Shown here in pieces: positions 1 through 9,055 of a stretch of 37,199 bases of DNA. How positions within the stretch are numbered: the first letter of the stretch is position 1; every line of letters starts with the position of its first letter. The translations under genes and the position numbers were made by a program. The notes beneath the pieces are model-generated. The model saw nothing but the letters and a program-made list of their open reading frames with translations. It was not told where the DNA came from and made no database searches. Source of the DNA: an uncultured bacterium (lineage in GTDB: Bacteria > SAR324 > NAC60-12); NCBI GenBank assembly GCA_965662845.1, contig CBFIJD010000006.1, forward strand, positions 1 through 37,199, read 5' to 3'.

Positions 1-601
1 CATCACTGAACTCCAGCAACGCCTGCTGATAAGCCCAAGCCAGCGTCTCAATGCGAGGGCCACGTAGCAGCCCCCCGCGCAAAAACTCCCGATTCGCGAT
101 GTGGAGCACCAGCTCCAAGTTCGACTGCCCTGCCGGCAAAGCGATTTGCAACCGACGAGCACCCAACTGGACCTCTGCGAGATCTGCGCTCACCACTCCT
201 GAAGACTTCACTAATTCCCCATTCACATAGACGCGCGCAGCGCTGCGGACGCCTTGCAGAGAGAGCTGCGCCGGCGGACACCCTGAAGGTAGCCAGACCC
301 GCAAACGATAGGTGGCCACGCCTTGCGCCGGGTAGCGTCCAAGCTCCCAAGCTCGATTCGCTCGTGCGTATTCCGGATTCCATTCCCCAGCCTTGAAATC
401 TTCGGGGGTCAACAGCTAGTTCCAGTAGAATTCCCATGCGTTGCGCAACCTGAAGTGCGTCGTCTCAGCAGAGAACGCGCGCAGGTCCAGTTCCGCACGA
501 GCAGAGGTAGGCGGATGAGAAGAGGACTGAGCCGACAGGAGAGGACAAATGATGGAGCAGTAGGCGAGCAGCACCACGCCACAGCGCAGCAGGCTGGACA
601 C
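1..601 (-). pseudogene. N-terminal part of a 7TM-DISM-type membrane sensor (output domain beyond the window edge), interrupted by in-frame TAG at 416-418
   Basis: GTG start at 601 with a hydrophobic signal-like N-terminus. Manual translation past the stop gives ...LDLR...AWEFYWN*LLTPEDF...QGVATYRLRV...RVYVNGELV...LELVLHIANREFLRGG..., matching the WEFYWnQLL.P / G.ATYRL / vNGel / V.N....GG pattern of 7TM-DISM extracellular domains. The frame stays open to position 1. Confidence 0.75.
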
Positions 602-602
602 G

Positions 603-857
603 TCAGGTTACAAGCGTTTGTCGATACGCCCGCAGTGCATGGTGCAGAGGCTTAGGACGGATTTCGGGGAACTGATGGTTGAGCAGATTGAGGCTGCCGT
701 GAGGGTTCCGCAGCAAGTAGCGCCACTGCAAGAGCGCGCTCCACTCACTGGGACTCTCTGGGGAAAGCTCTTGGCGACGCGCAATCTCTAAATCTAGGTC
801 ACACAGAGACCCCTGTTGAACGACACGTAGCTCGCGCCCGCAGATGTCTTCAAACAA
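603..857 (-). CDS. Possible 84-aa hypothetical protein
   Basis: ORF fills the intergenic space and stops 1 nt before the sensor GTG. It has a TTG start, no clear RBS and no recognisable motif. Confidence 0.2.
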   Translation of the reverse strand: MFEDICGRELRVVQQGSLCDLDLEIARRQELSPESPSEWSALLQWRYLLRNPHGSLNLLNHQFPEIRPKPLHHALRAYRQTLVT

Positions 858-881
858 GCAAGATCTTTTTTAGAAAAAATC

Positions 882-2013
882 ATGACCTTACATCTTGACC
901 GCACCGCTCTGCACCGTGCCTCCAAGCCCACACCATCGCACCGTCTGCTGATTATTGACGATGAGCCCGTCACGCTACACAACCTCCGCAGCTTGCTAGA
1001 AGACCATTACCAGGTCGAGACGCTCCCGACGGCGACGGCCGCGCGCGCTCTTGGCCGATCCAAAAACGGAAGAGTTTCATCTGATTATGTCTGATCAGCG
1101 CATGCCAGAAGTCAGCGGTGTGGAACTGCTGCAGGTAAGCCGAGAGCGTTTTCCTTTCGCGCGGCGTGTTCTGTTCACCGCCTTTGCTGATCATGAGGCG
1201 CTGCTGCAAGCAATCAATCAAGGACAGGTGCACCACCTTTTGACCAAGCCGCTCGACCCACAAGCGCTGCTGCAAACGATTGAGCAGCTCCTCCTTGAGT
1301 ATGAGCACGACTGGAAGCTCACGCAGATCATAGAGTCCTTGCCCCACCCAGATGATCCTGCCCCCTACGTCGCAGAGCGGATGTTTCTCTCAGAAGAGCT
1401 TGGGCAACAAATTCAGCAAAAACGCCGGGCGCTCGGCAAGAGTCAACAACAGGTTGCCCAAGAGGCAAAGCTCAGCCAAAAGTTTGTCTCACGCGCTGAG
1501 AAGGGAGGCTTTCGCACCAAACGCGCGCTGCTTAACCAATTGCTGCAACACCTGCAGCTGCCACTCCTCGACGAGGAGCCGTCTCTGCCCACGCTCTCGC
1601 TACCCCAAGGATTTGTTCCCGAGAACTACGTACAGCTGGGCTCTCTCACCGACGAGGTGTCGCCGCTCGTCTCTGCGTCAACTGGGCGCAGCGCTGTGCC
1701 CAGCGCTTGGTTCCCGACGACGGAGAGCCGTTCCTTGGCGTGGGTGCGCGTCACCGAAGACTCAATGCGCCCGACAGTAGAGAGTGGAGAAGTGGTGGTG
1801 TGTGAAACGAAGGGAGAGATGGACGGGAATGGCCTGTATGTGGTGCGCTACGCGGAACAAATCCATCTGCGGCGTCTGGAACAGCGGCTGGACGGCAAAC
1901 TGCTCTTAAAGTGCGATAACCCCCTCTACGCAGAACAGGTTTGGTCGTTCAACGAGACGCCTTCTCTTGCGATCATCGGGCGAGTGCAGCTGTTGTTGAA
2001 GCGCCCAGGCTGA
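882..2013 (+). pseudogene. Frameshifted response regulator: receiver + XRE-type HTH + S24 peptidase-like (CI/LexA C-terminal) domain
   Basis: ORF 882-1094 holds the receiver N-terminus (RLLIIDDE). ORF 1051-2013 continues it in another frame (LIMSDQRMP, LFTAFAD, LLTKP), followed by an HTH (IQQKRRALGKSQQQVAQEAKLSQKFVSRAEKG) and an S24 domain (VTEDSMRPT..SGEVVV, LKCDNPLY, IIGRV). The frame switch is at about 1050 (gct c ttg gcc). Confidence 0.8.
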
Positions 2014-2065
2014 ACCAACGCAGGGCGGTAGATCAAGGCACGCGGCTTGTCGCGTACGATGCGAC

Positions 2066-2434
2066 CTAGTTCTCTTCTGTCACAGGTGCGGTGGACATGA
2101 TTGGTGGCATGCGGACTTTGGTTGGGCGTCGATCACCACCGCTGCCTCCGCCCACCCAGACCTTTCCAATGCGGGTCTTCGTTCCTTCTTGGAACGTGCC
2201 ATAGCGAATCGGCTCCGGTGGGCGCTTGCGACCTTCTTCTCTCGCGTAGTTGTTCAGAGAGCGATAGTCCAGCACCTTGGGAGGCGGAGGCGTTTTGCGC
2301 TGACTCGCGCGCTCTGCTAGCTCTTTTGCCCGCCAACCATAGTCAGCAGGACGCCGCACCGTCTGGGCGTCTTGAGCCCAAATCCACGCAGGCAACAACA
2401 GACCACATAAGCTCAGGGCTAGGTTTCGTATCAT
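2066..2434 (-). CDS. Hypothetical exported, Pro/Arg-rich protein
   Basis: ATG at 2434 preceded by AAGGAG. Signal-peptide-like N-terminus MIRNLALSLCGLLLPAWIWA|QD. Confidence 0.6.
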   Translation of the reverse strand: MIRNLALSLCGLLLPAWIWAQDAQTVRRPADYGWRAKELAERASQRKTPPPPKVLDYRSLNNYAREEGRKRPPEPIRYGTFQEGTKTRIGKVWVGGGSGGDRRPTKVRMPPIMSTAPVTEEN

Positions 2435-2552
2435 CTTTTGCTCCTTCAATTGACATCTAAGAAAAGGCTCTCTGTACGATGGCGTACACTTTTTTGCTTA
2501 TCAACTCGAAGCATGCAAGAAGGGGGGAGGCTGCGGCGGGAATTTCGCAGGA

Positions 2553-2581
2553 GGCCCCATCCAGGGACCAAGGATGAGGCC
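2553..2581 (-). terminator. Stem-loop downstream of the cox cluster
   Basis: On the minus strand GGCCTCATCC-9 nt-GGATGGGGCC forms a 10-bp stem with one G-U pair, 33 nt after the last cox stop. There is no U-tract. Confidence 0.4.
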
Positions 2582-2614
2582 CGACGTCCTGTCAGGCGTT
2601 GAGAGCGAGCACGC

Positions 2615-3466
2615 TTAGGCGACGCTCATCAAGGCGCGGCGAGCGTAAACGCGGGACATCGCTCGGCGGTAGTCGGCGCTGACAGACCAGTCACTGAGAA
2701 CATCGTGTCCGTCGGTGGCAAGATCCGCCGCGGCTTTGGCATTGGCCTCGTTGATTTCTTTGCCACGCAGCGCCTCTTCGACGCCGGTGTCTCGGAAGGC
2801 AACAGGAGCGACTCCGCTGAAGCCGACCCGCACCTCTTTGCAAGTGCTGCCACTCTTCTCCAGCGCGACGGCACAGCCGACATACGGATAGCGAGACGCA
2901 GGCTGCGCATACTTCTGATAGGTGGAGTTGGCGTTGGCTGCGGTGGTCGGCACCCGAATTTCTACCAACAGCTCGCCCGGCTGCACGGCGGTCTCCCACA
3001 AATCAACAAAGTAATCCGTTGCGTTCACCACGCGCTCGCCGCTCGCTCCCTGAATCACCATCTGCGCCGCGAGCGCTAAGATCGCTCCGGGATAATCCGC
3101 TGCGGGGTCGCAGTGTGCTAGCGCTCCACCGATCGTTCCTCGGTTTCGCACCTGCACGTCGCCGATCGCTGCGGCGGCCTGCTGTAACGCAGGAGCCTTG
3201 GTTTTCAACACCTCAGAAGACTCGAGCATCCAATGAGTCGCCATGGCGCCAATTGCGATGTGGTCTCCCTTGTCGGTGATCTGCTTCAGCGCTGGGATGC
3301 CGCCGAGGTCGATCACCGTGGTGGGTTCAGCGAGCCGCAGCTTCAGCGCCGGCACCATGCTGTGTCCACCGGCCAGAAGCTTGGCGTCTTCACCGTGTTG
3401 TGCCAGCAACGCGAGCGCTTCGTTGACGCTGCTGGCCCGACAATAATCAAATGCTACAGGAACCAT
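2615..3466 (-). CDS. coxM: Form II CODH-like molybdenum hydroxylase, FAD-binding medium subunit
   Basis: AKLLAGGHS, IGDVQVRNRGTIGG and DPAADYP FAD-binding motifs. Last gene of an S-L-M triplet. Confidence 0.9.
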   Translation of the reverse strand: MVPVAFDYCRASSVNEALALLAQHGEDAKLLAGGHSMVPALKLRLAEPTTVIDLGGIPALKQITDKGDHIAIGAMATHWMLESSEVLKTKAPALQQAAAAIGDVQVRNRGTIGGALAHCDPAADYPGAILALAAQMVIQGASGERVVNATDYFVDLWETAVQPGELLVEIRVPTTAANANSTYQKYAQPASRYPYVGCAVALEKSGSTCKEVRVGFSGVAPVAFRDTGVEEALRGKEINEANAKAAADLATDGHDVLSDWSVSADYRRAMSRVYARRALMSVA

Positions 3467-3523
3467 ATTTCTCCATGTGGGCTGTGCTGGAGCGCGTAGT
3501 CTCCAGCGAGTGATTGTTCAGAC

Positions 3524-5890
3524 TCAGGCAGACGCGTTTTGAATCGCGGCCCAGACCGATTGTGGGGTCAGCGGCATCTCCAGATCGGTCACGCCCAGCG
3601 GACGCAGCGCGTCAATCGCGGCGTTGACAATCGCTGGTGGAGAACCAATCGCTCCGGCTTCCCCCGCGCCCTTCGAGCCGAGCGGGTTGTGCGGACACGG
3701 CGTGGTCTGACGATCTAGCTCGAAGCTCGGCAGGTCGTCGGCGCGTGGCATGGCATAGTCGAGGTAGGTCCCCGTCGTGAGTTGACCTTCTGCGTCATAG
3801 ACCGCGCCTTCGAGCAACGCCTGCCCGATGCCTTGGGCGAGCCCCCCGTGCACCTGTCCATCGACAATCATCGGGTTGACCACATTGCCCACATCATCAA
3901 TCGCCACGAAGCGTTTCACGCGGACTTGCCCGGTTTCGATGTCAACCTCAACCACGGCGATGTAAGTGCCAAACGGATACGTGAAGTTCGTTGGGTCATA
4001 GAAGCTGTTGAACTCAATGCCCGGCTCTAAATCTTTTGGGAAGTTGTGCGGCACATACGACGCCAGCGCCACTTGACTGAAAGAGATCGACTTGTCGGTG
4101 CCTTTCACGGTCCAGCTTCCGTCTTTGAACTCGAGGTCTTGCTCTGCGGCTTCCAGCAAATGAGCGGCGACTTTCGCGCCCTTCTCTTTCACCTTCTCCA
4201 GCGCCTTCACGATGGCGGCGCCGCCTACCGCGAGGCTCCGCGAGCCGTAGGTCCCCATCCCAAACGGCACCAGCTCGGTGTCTCCGTGGACGATCTCGAT
4301 GTCTTCCATGGGGACGCCCAAGTGCTCCGCCACGACTTGCGCGAAGGCGGTGTCATGACCTTGCCCGTGGGAGTGACTTCCGGTGTACACCGAAATTTTG
4401 CCGGTGGGCTGAACGCGAATGTTGGCGCTCTCGAAGAGCCCCGCGCGAGCCCCGAGAGAGCCGACGACGGCCGACGGCGCGATCCCGCAGGCTTCGATGT
4501 ACGACGAGAAGCCGATGCCGATGTAGCGTCCTTGCTTTCGCGCCTCGGCTTGCTCTTTGCGCAGGTCGGCATAGCCGATTTTTTCCAGCGCCATCCGCAT
4601 CGCAGACTCGTAGTTCCCGCTGTCGTATTGCAGCGCGACTTGGGTCTGGTAGCCTGCTTGGGTGACGCCATCGAACGGAGGAATGAAGTTCTTCAGGCGC
4701 AGCTCCGCAGGGTCGATGCCCAGCTCTGCCGCGGCGTTGTCCATCAGCCGCTCAATCAGATAGGTCGCCTCTGGGCGCCCCGCCCCGCGATAAGCGTCTA
4801 CAGGTGTGGTGTGTGTGAAGATGCCATTGACGGTGACGTGAATCGCAGGCGTGGTGTACTGCCCTTGCAGCAGCGTCCCGTAAAGATACGTGGGGACCGC
4901 GGAAGCGAACGTGGACAGATAGGCGCCTAGGTTCGCGTTGGTGTGAACGCGCAGCGCGGTGATGTGGCCGTCCTTGTCGAAGCCCATCTCTGCGACCGTC
5001 TCGTGGTCGCGTCCGTGTGCGTCGGTGACGAAGGCTTCGCTGCGTTCGGCGGTCCACTTGACGGGGCGCCCGAGCTGCCGAGACGCCCAAGTCACGAGCG
5101 CTTCTTCAGTGTAGTGGTAGATCTTGCTGCCGAAGCCGCCGCCGACGTCTCGTGCCACGACGCGGACTTTGTGCTCGGGGATGCCCAACACAAACGCACA
5201 CATCAGCAAGCGGATCACGTGCGGGTTCTGCGTCGCGGTGTAGAGCGTGTACTGATCGCGGGAGGGGTCGTAGTGCCCGATGTAGCTGCGAGGTTCAATC
5301 GCGTTGGGCACCAGCCGCTGATTGCGGATGTTCAGCTTGGTGACGTAATGCGCGTTCGCGATGCCTTGGTCTGTGGCTTCTTTGTCGCCTAACGCCCAGT
5401 CAAAGGACAGATTGTCTGGCAGCTCGTCGTGCACTTTGGGAGCGCCGGGAGCGAGCGCGTCGGAGCCTTTCACGACGACGGGAAGCTCTTCCAGCTCGAT
5501 CTCGATCAGGTCGGCGGCGTCTTGCGCTTGCTCTTTGGTCTCAGCGATCACGACGGCGAGGCTGTCGCCTACATGCCGCACTTTGTCGTGCACCAGCAAG
5601 GGGTGCTTGGGTTCACGCATCGCTTCGCCACCGGTGAAGTTCACCTGCCAGCCGCAGGGTACGCCGTTGACTTCTTTCACGTCTTCGCCTGTGTACACCG
5701 CGAGGACTCCTGGAGCTTCTTTCGCGGAGGAGGTGTCAACGTGGAGGATGCGCGCGTGCGCGACTTGGCTACGGACGATGAACGCGTGCGTCATGCGCGG
5801 CAGCACGATGTCGTCGGTGTACTGCCCGGTGCCGGTGATGAAGCGGTGATCTTCGACGCGCTTGATGGCTTGTCCCACATACTTACTCAT
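3524..5890 (-). CDS. coxL: Form II CODH-like molybdopterin large subunit
   Basis: 788 aa with KRVEDHRFITG, GGGFGSK, active-site loop AYRGAGR (4775-4795), QVHGGLAQGIG and KGAGE. Confidence 0.92.
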   Translation of the reverse strand: MSKYVGQAIKRVEDHRFITGTGQYTDDIVLPRMTHAFIVRSQVAHARILHVDTSSAKEAPGVLAVYTGEDVKEVNGVPCGWQVNFTGGEAMREPKHPLLVHDKVRHVGDSLAVVIAETKEQAQDAADLIEIELEELPVVVKGSDALAPGAPKVHDELPDNLSFDWALGDKEATDQGIANAHYVTKLNIRNQRLVPNAIEPRSYIGHYDPSRDQYTLYTATQNPHVIRLLMCAFVLGIPEHKVRVVARDVGGGFGSKIYHYTEEALVTWASRQLGRPVKWTAERSEAFVTDAHGRDHETVAEMGFDKDGHITALRVHTNANLGAYLSTFASAVPTYLYGTLLQGQYTTPAIHVTVNGIFTHTTPVDAYRGAGRPEATYLIERLMDNAAAELGIDPAELRLKNFIPPFDGVTQAGYQTQVALQYDSGNYESAMRMALEKIGYADLRKEQAEARKQGRYIGIGFSSYIEACGIAPSAVVGSLGARAGLFESANIRVQPTGKISVYTGSHSHGQGHDTAFAQVVAEHLGVPMEDIEIVHGDTELVPFGMGTYGSRSLAVGGAAIVKALEKVKEKGAKVAAHLLEAAEQDLEFKDGSWTVKGTDKSISFSQVALASYVPHNFPKDLEPGIEFNSFYDPTNFTYPFGTYIAVVEVDIETGQVRVKRFVAIDDVGNVVNPMIVDGQVHGGLAQGIGQALLEGAVYDAEGQLTTGTYLDYAMPRADDLPSFELDRQTTPCPHNPLGSKGAGEAGAIGSPPAIVNAAIDALRPLGVTDLEMPLTPQSVWAAIQNASA

Positions 5891-5908
5891 GGTTCCCTCC
5901 TTTTGCGG

Positions 5909-6367
5909 TTAGGAATTCGCCGCAGCCCATTGGACTGCTTTGACGATGTTGTCGTATCCGGTGCAGCGACAGAAGTTCCCTTCCAGCCCGTGGCGAATCT
6001 CTTCCTCGGTCGGGTTTGGGTTGCGCTGCAGTAATTGCCAAGAGCTCATGATCATGCCCGGCGTGCAGTAGCCACACTGCAGACCGTGCTTTTCGCGGAA
6101 ACCTTCCTGCAGCGGGTGCAGGGAACCGTTGGTCGCCAGACCTTCGATGGTGGTGATCTCCGCGCCCTCACACTGCACCGCCAACAAGGTGCAGGATTTC
6201 ACTGACTCACCGTTCACCACGATCGTGCAGGCACCGCAGCTGCTGGTGTCACATCCGATGTGCGTGCCGGTCAGGCTCAGATGTTCGCGCAGGAATTGTA
6301 CGAGCAACGCGCGAGGTTCGACCTCTGCCGAGACCTGTGCGCCGTTGACCTTCATAGAAACTTGCAT
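5909..6367 (-). CDS. coxS: Form II CODH-like 2x[2Fe-2S] small subunit
   Basis: [11 protein letters not shown]...SC and QCGYCTPG...NFCRCTGY cysteine motifs. GGAGGA RBS. Confidence 0.93.
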   Translation of the reverse strand: MQVSMKVNGAQVSAEVEPRALLVQFLREHLSLTGTHIGCDTSSCGACTIVVNGESVKSCTLLAVQCEGAEITTIEGLATNGSLHPLQEGFREKHGLQCGYCTPGMIMSSWQLLQRNPNPTEEEIRHGLEGNFCRCTGYDNIVKAVQWAAANS

Positions 6368-6425
6368 GTCATCCTCCTTGCTTCAGGATAAGTGAGCGTT
6401 CTGGCCCAACCCAGAACAAAAGCGC

Positions 6426-7679
6426 CTAGAGACCCAACGGGGAGCTTGGGGTCGCTGGGCGGGGGAGTGCTTGAGGCGTGCGCCCGCGTTGCACCTTGGC
6501 GAGCTGGCGGACGAGCTGGCGCAAGCTGTTGAGATTGTGTGCCGAGGCGAAGATGTCGATGTAAGGCAGCGCCGCCTGCATCCCTTGAGTCGAAGGCTCG
6601 TAGTGCGGGTGACTCATCAGCGGATTCAGCCAGATCACGCTGCGAGAGCGCTGCTGAATCGTGCGCATACTCTCTCCGAGCAAGTCGGTGTCCCCCGTGT
6701 CCCAGCCGTCGCTGATCACGAGTACGATCGTGCTCGGATCTAGCATCGCCAAGCTGTGCTGCTCCACAAACTCCGCGAGCGACTCCCCAATCTTTGTGCC
6801 TCCAGACCAATCAGGGACCGTCTCAGCCAGCTGATCCAGCGCGACCTCAAGGTCTTCATTGCGCAAGGTCTCCGTCACGCGATGCAAAGCTGTACTAAAG
6901 ACAAAGGCCTCGATGCGGCGATAGACGCTCTGAAACGCATAGATGAACTGAAGTAGAAAGCGGCTATACAAGTCCATCGACTTGCTGACGTCACAGAGCA
7001 GCACGAGCCGGAGCTTCTGCCGTTTGCGCTGGCGGAAGGCCAACGCATGGAAATCTCCGCCGTGACGCAAGCTCCCGCGCATCGAGCGCCGCAGATCCAG
7101 CGGCCCCCGCCGCCGAGAAGTCATCGTGCGGCGGCTGAAACGAAACGCTAAGGCTTTGCCGATCTCATTGATCAAGCGCGCGACTTCGTCCAGCTCCGCA
7201 AAGGCAAACTCGCTGAAGTCTCGCTCTGTGATGACGGCAAACGGGCTGTATCCCGCCGCTTCTTGCTCCTCCGTGAGGTCGTCATTTTGGTTCAGCCAGT
7301 CACTAACGCTCAGGTATTTCTGTTTCTTGGGGCGAGAGTCCACAATCGCGGCTGGCGGCGGTGGCTCTGGTTCGTCACGAAAGCTGAGCTGCTCCGCGTT
7401 GTCCCAGACATACCAGTATTTTCGAAAATGTTCGTCAAAAATCGCTTGCTCCCGTGTGCTCTTGGCGAGCGCGGTCCGCAGCGTCCAGAAAAAATCGTCT
7501 TCGTCGGTCAGATCAATCACGTCGAGCGCGCGCAGCGCGTCCATTTGCTCCGTCATTCCTGGGTGGGCTCCGTGTCGCCGCAGCCAGCGACAAAACCCGA
7601 CCACATTCGCGCTGAGTTCCCGGTTGAGCGCGAGGTCATCAAAGCGACGTGGAGACTTTGTGAGCGCAGCTTCAGGCAT
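6426..7679 (-). CDS. coxE: CoxE-like VWA domain protein (second copy)
   Basis: MIDAS motif DVSKSMD, WSGGTKIG, ISDGWDTG, WLNP. Follows a MoxR ATPase gene. Confidence 0.88.
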   Translation of the reverse strand: MPEAALTKSPRRFDDLALNRELSANVVGFCRWLRRHGAHPGMTEQMDALRALDVIDLTDEDDFFWTLRTALAKSTREQAIFDEHFRKYWYVWDNAEQLSFRDEPEPPPPAAIVDSRPKKQKYLSVSDWLNQNDDLTEEQEAAGYSPFAVITERDFSEFAFAELDEVARLINEIGKALAFRFSRRTMTSRRRGPLDLRRSMRGSLRHGGDFHALAFRQRKRQKLRLVLLCDVSKSMDLYSRFLLQFIYAFQSVYRRIEAFVFSTALHRVTETLRNEDLEVALDQLAETVPDWSGGTKIGESLAEFVEQHSLAMLDPSTIVLVISDGWDTGDTDLLGESMRTIQQRSRSVIWLNPLMSHPHYEPSTQGMQAALPYIDIFASAHNLNSLRQLVRQLAKVQRGRTPQALPRPATPSSPLGL

Positions 7680-7685
7680 GAGGAG

Positions 7686-8612
7686 TCAGTTGGGAATGGA
7701 GTCTTGCGCCGTCTCGGGGAGTTCTTTGGCGTGCACCCCCAGCCGCTCTAAGAAGTCCGTCAGCGACTCCTTCATCTGTCGCACGTCGTTACGATCTTTG
7801 AAGACGAGCCCCAGCGTCTCTTCCACAACCTGGCGGTCGAGGTGCTCTTGATGCAGCGTCGCTAGCGCTTTGCCCCAGTCGAGCGTCTCTGCGACGCCCG
7901 GCACTTTCTCTAGCTTCTGCTGCCGCACCAGCTCCATGAAGTGGCAGATTTGCGCCGCGAGCTGTTCGTCAATCTCGGGGACTTTGCTCTTCACAATCGC
8001 CAGCTCTTTTTCGTAACTCGGGTAGTCCATCCACAGGTAGAAGCAGCGGCGGCGCACGGCGTCCGACAGCTCTCGGGTGCGGTTGCCGGTCAGGATCACA
8101 TACGGCGGGTGCTCCGCGCGGATGCTGCCAATCTCTGGGATGGTGATCTGCCACTCTGAGAGAATCTCCAGCAAGAACGCCTCGAACTCCTCGTCGGCGC
8201 GGTCAAGCTCGTCGATGAGCAGGACGGGCGGCTGCGCTTGGGTGAGCGCTTGCAGCAGCGGGCGCTTCAGCAAGAAGCTCTCGCCAAAGATGGTCGCTTC
8301 GCGCTCCTCTACGCTGCGATTACCGCCCTCTTCGAGCTTGAGGTGCAGCAGCTGGCGCTGGTAGTTCCACTCGTAGAGCGCCATGTTCGCGTCGAGCCCT
8401 TCATAGCACTGCAGGCGGATCAGGTTGGTCTCTAGCGCGCGCGCCATGACCTTGGCGATCTCGGTTTTTCCGACGCCCGCTGGCCCTTCAATGAGCAACG
8501 GCTTGCGCAGCGTCGTCGCCAGATAGAGCGACATCACAATGCCGCGCTCCGCGACGTAGTCTTGCTCGTGCAGCAGGCGTTGGATGCGATCCAGTTCGGG
8601 TTGGGATTTCAT
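7686..8612 (-). CDS. coxD: CoxD-like MoxR AAA+ ATPase (second copy)
   Basis: Walker A GPAGVGKT, LIRLQCYEGLD, Walker B LLIDELDRADEEFEA. Start reassigned to ATG 8612, which has a GAGGAA RBS and an ATGA overlap with the sufU stop. Confidence 0.9.
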   Translation of the reverse strand: MKSQPELDRIQRLLHEQDYVAERGIVMSLYLATTLRKPLLIEGPAGVGKTEIAKVMARALETNLIRLQCYEGLDANMALYEWNYQRQLLHLKLEEGGNRSVEEREATIFGESFLLKRPLLQALTQAQPPVLLIDELDRADEEFEAFLLEILSEWQITIPEIGSIRAEHPPYVILTGNRTRELSDAVRRRCFYLWMDYPSYEKELAIVKSKVPEIDEQLAAQICHFMELVRQQKLEKVPGVAETLDWGKALATLHQEHLDRQVVEETLGLVFKDRNDVRQMKESLTDFLERLGVHAKELPETAQDSIPN

Positions 8613-9055
8613 GCTTCCTCCGCGGTGGGTTGAGAGTGTTGGCGCACGCAATCGTCGAGAGCCTGCCAAGCGAGCGAGGCGCAGCGGATGCGGCTCTTGT
8701 GTTTGCGCAGAGGAACCAGCGGGGGCAGAAACGCAGGCGGAGCAGAGGGAAGCTCGCCGGAAGCCATCGTCGTGTGGAACGCGCGGCTCAAGTGAGACGC
8801 TTCGCCGAGAGTGAGCCCTTGGATGGCTTCCCCCATCAAAGACGCCGAGGCCACACAGACAGAGCAACCTCGCGCTTGCGTCCGCGCCGCTCGGATGCGC
8901 TCTGAGTTGGGCTCCAAGGCGATGGTCAACTCCAGCTCGTCGCCACAGAGCGGGTTGTGCGCCGAGGCCCGCAAATCTGCGGGGTCTACCTTGCCCGAAA
9001 ACCTAGGGTGGCGCATGTGCTCCTTGAGCACGTCGCGGTATAGCGTGTCACTCAT
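8609..9055 (-). CDS. sufU: SufU/IscU-type sulfur-acceptor or scaffold protein
   Basis: LYRDVLKEH..HPR, NPLCGD, GCSVC and RIRCA (SufU Cys/Asp ligands). ATGA overlap with the sufS stop. Confidence 0.88.
   Translation of the reverse strand: MSDTLYRDVLKEHMRHPRFSGKVDPADLRASAHNPLCGDELELTIALEPNSERIRAARTQARGCSVCVASASLMGEAIQGLTLGEASHLSRAFHTTMASGELPSAPPAFLPPLVPLRKHKSRIRCASLAWQALDDCVRQHSQPTAEEA

Noticed and set aside
416..418. Genome-wide TAG reassignment (to Gln or pyrrolysine) as the explanation for the in-frame stop
   Set aside because: TAG is the apparent stop of other genes here (2066, 6426, 31085), and the long Gln-rich genes contain no internal TAG.
1399..2013. Prophage, suggested by the CI-like HTH-S24 domain
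   Set aside because: No integrase, cro, replication or structural phage genes nearby, and the domain is fused to a receiver.
3524..5890. Calling the second large subunit a true CO dehydrogenase
   Set aside because: It lacks the Cu-ligating Cys (AYRGAGR rather than AYXCSFR), so its substrate cannot be inferred from sequence.
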